From contig CBDCKW010000005.1 of NCBI GenBank assembly GCA_965218435.1, positions 512,001-576,000 on the forward strand: a DNA stretch of 64,000 nucleotides, given 5' to 3'. Below the pieces are notes generated by a model. That model was not told the DNA's origin and made no database searches. It saw only the letters and a list, made by a program, of their open reading frames with translations. Both the position numbers and the translations under genes were made by a program. Of this stretch, positions 63,871-64,000 are shown piece by piece. Each line of letters begins with the position of its first letter. Within the stretch, counting starts at the first letter, position 1. The stretch is from Truepera sp. GTDB lineage: Bacteria > Deinococcota > Deinococci > Deinococcales > Trueperaceae.

Positions 63871-64000
63871 GGGTGTTTCAGGAAAAGTGCAGCGGGAGAT
63901 GAGCATGCGGGAACGGCCTCCCGAGGCTCGTTTCTCGCGCCGTATCCTTTAGAGGTAGGTTCGCTTCTCCTGCTCTTCGGGGTAGCGGGCACCCTGCACC

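Overview
The window looks like a plasmid or secondary replicon. It carries a Rep_3-type initiator (44817-46190) with an upstream 22-bp-period iteron array. Gene content and abundant CTCGAG hexamers suggest a Deinococcota (Truepera-like) host, which is inference only. The rest is an accessory mosaic: small detox/efflux/regulator modules (MFS, MarR, TetR, SDR, AKR, DHFR-like, ABC plus two-component), many pseudogenes, two complete IS elements with TIRs and TSDs, IS1 and IS30 remnants, two non-coding MITEs with 9-bp TSDs, and a group II intron whose removal restores a metallophosphoesterase in frame. Two candidate defence loci stand out. (1) An operon of hypothetical + QueC-like + XRE-metallopeptidase + PIN. 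Just upstream on the same strand is an unusual tRNA-like gene whose anticodon loop contains a second, nested 47-nt tRNA-like minihelix ending in ACCA. (2) A cluster of two large P-loop NTPases with putative nuclease domains, a helical-repeat protein and a HEPN protein. All calls come from motif reading; no database searches were run.
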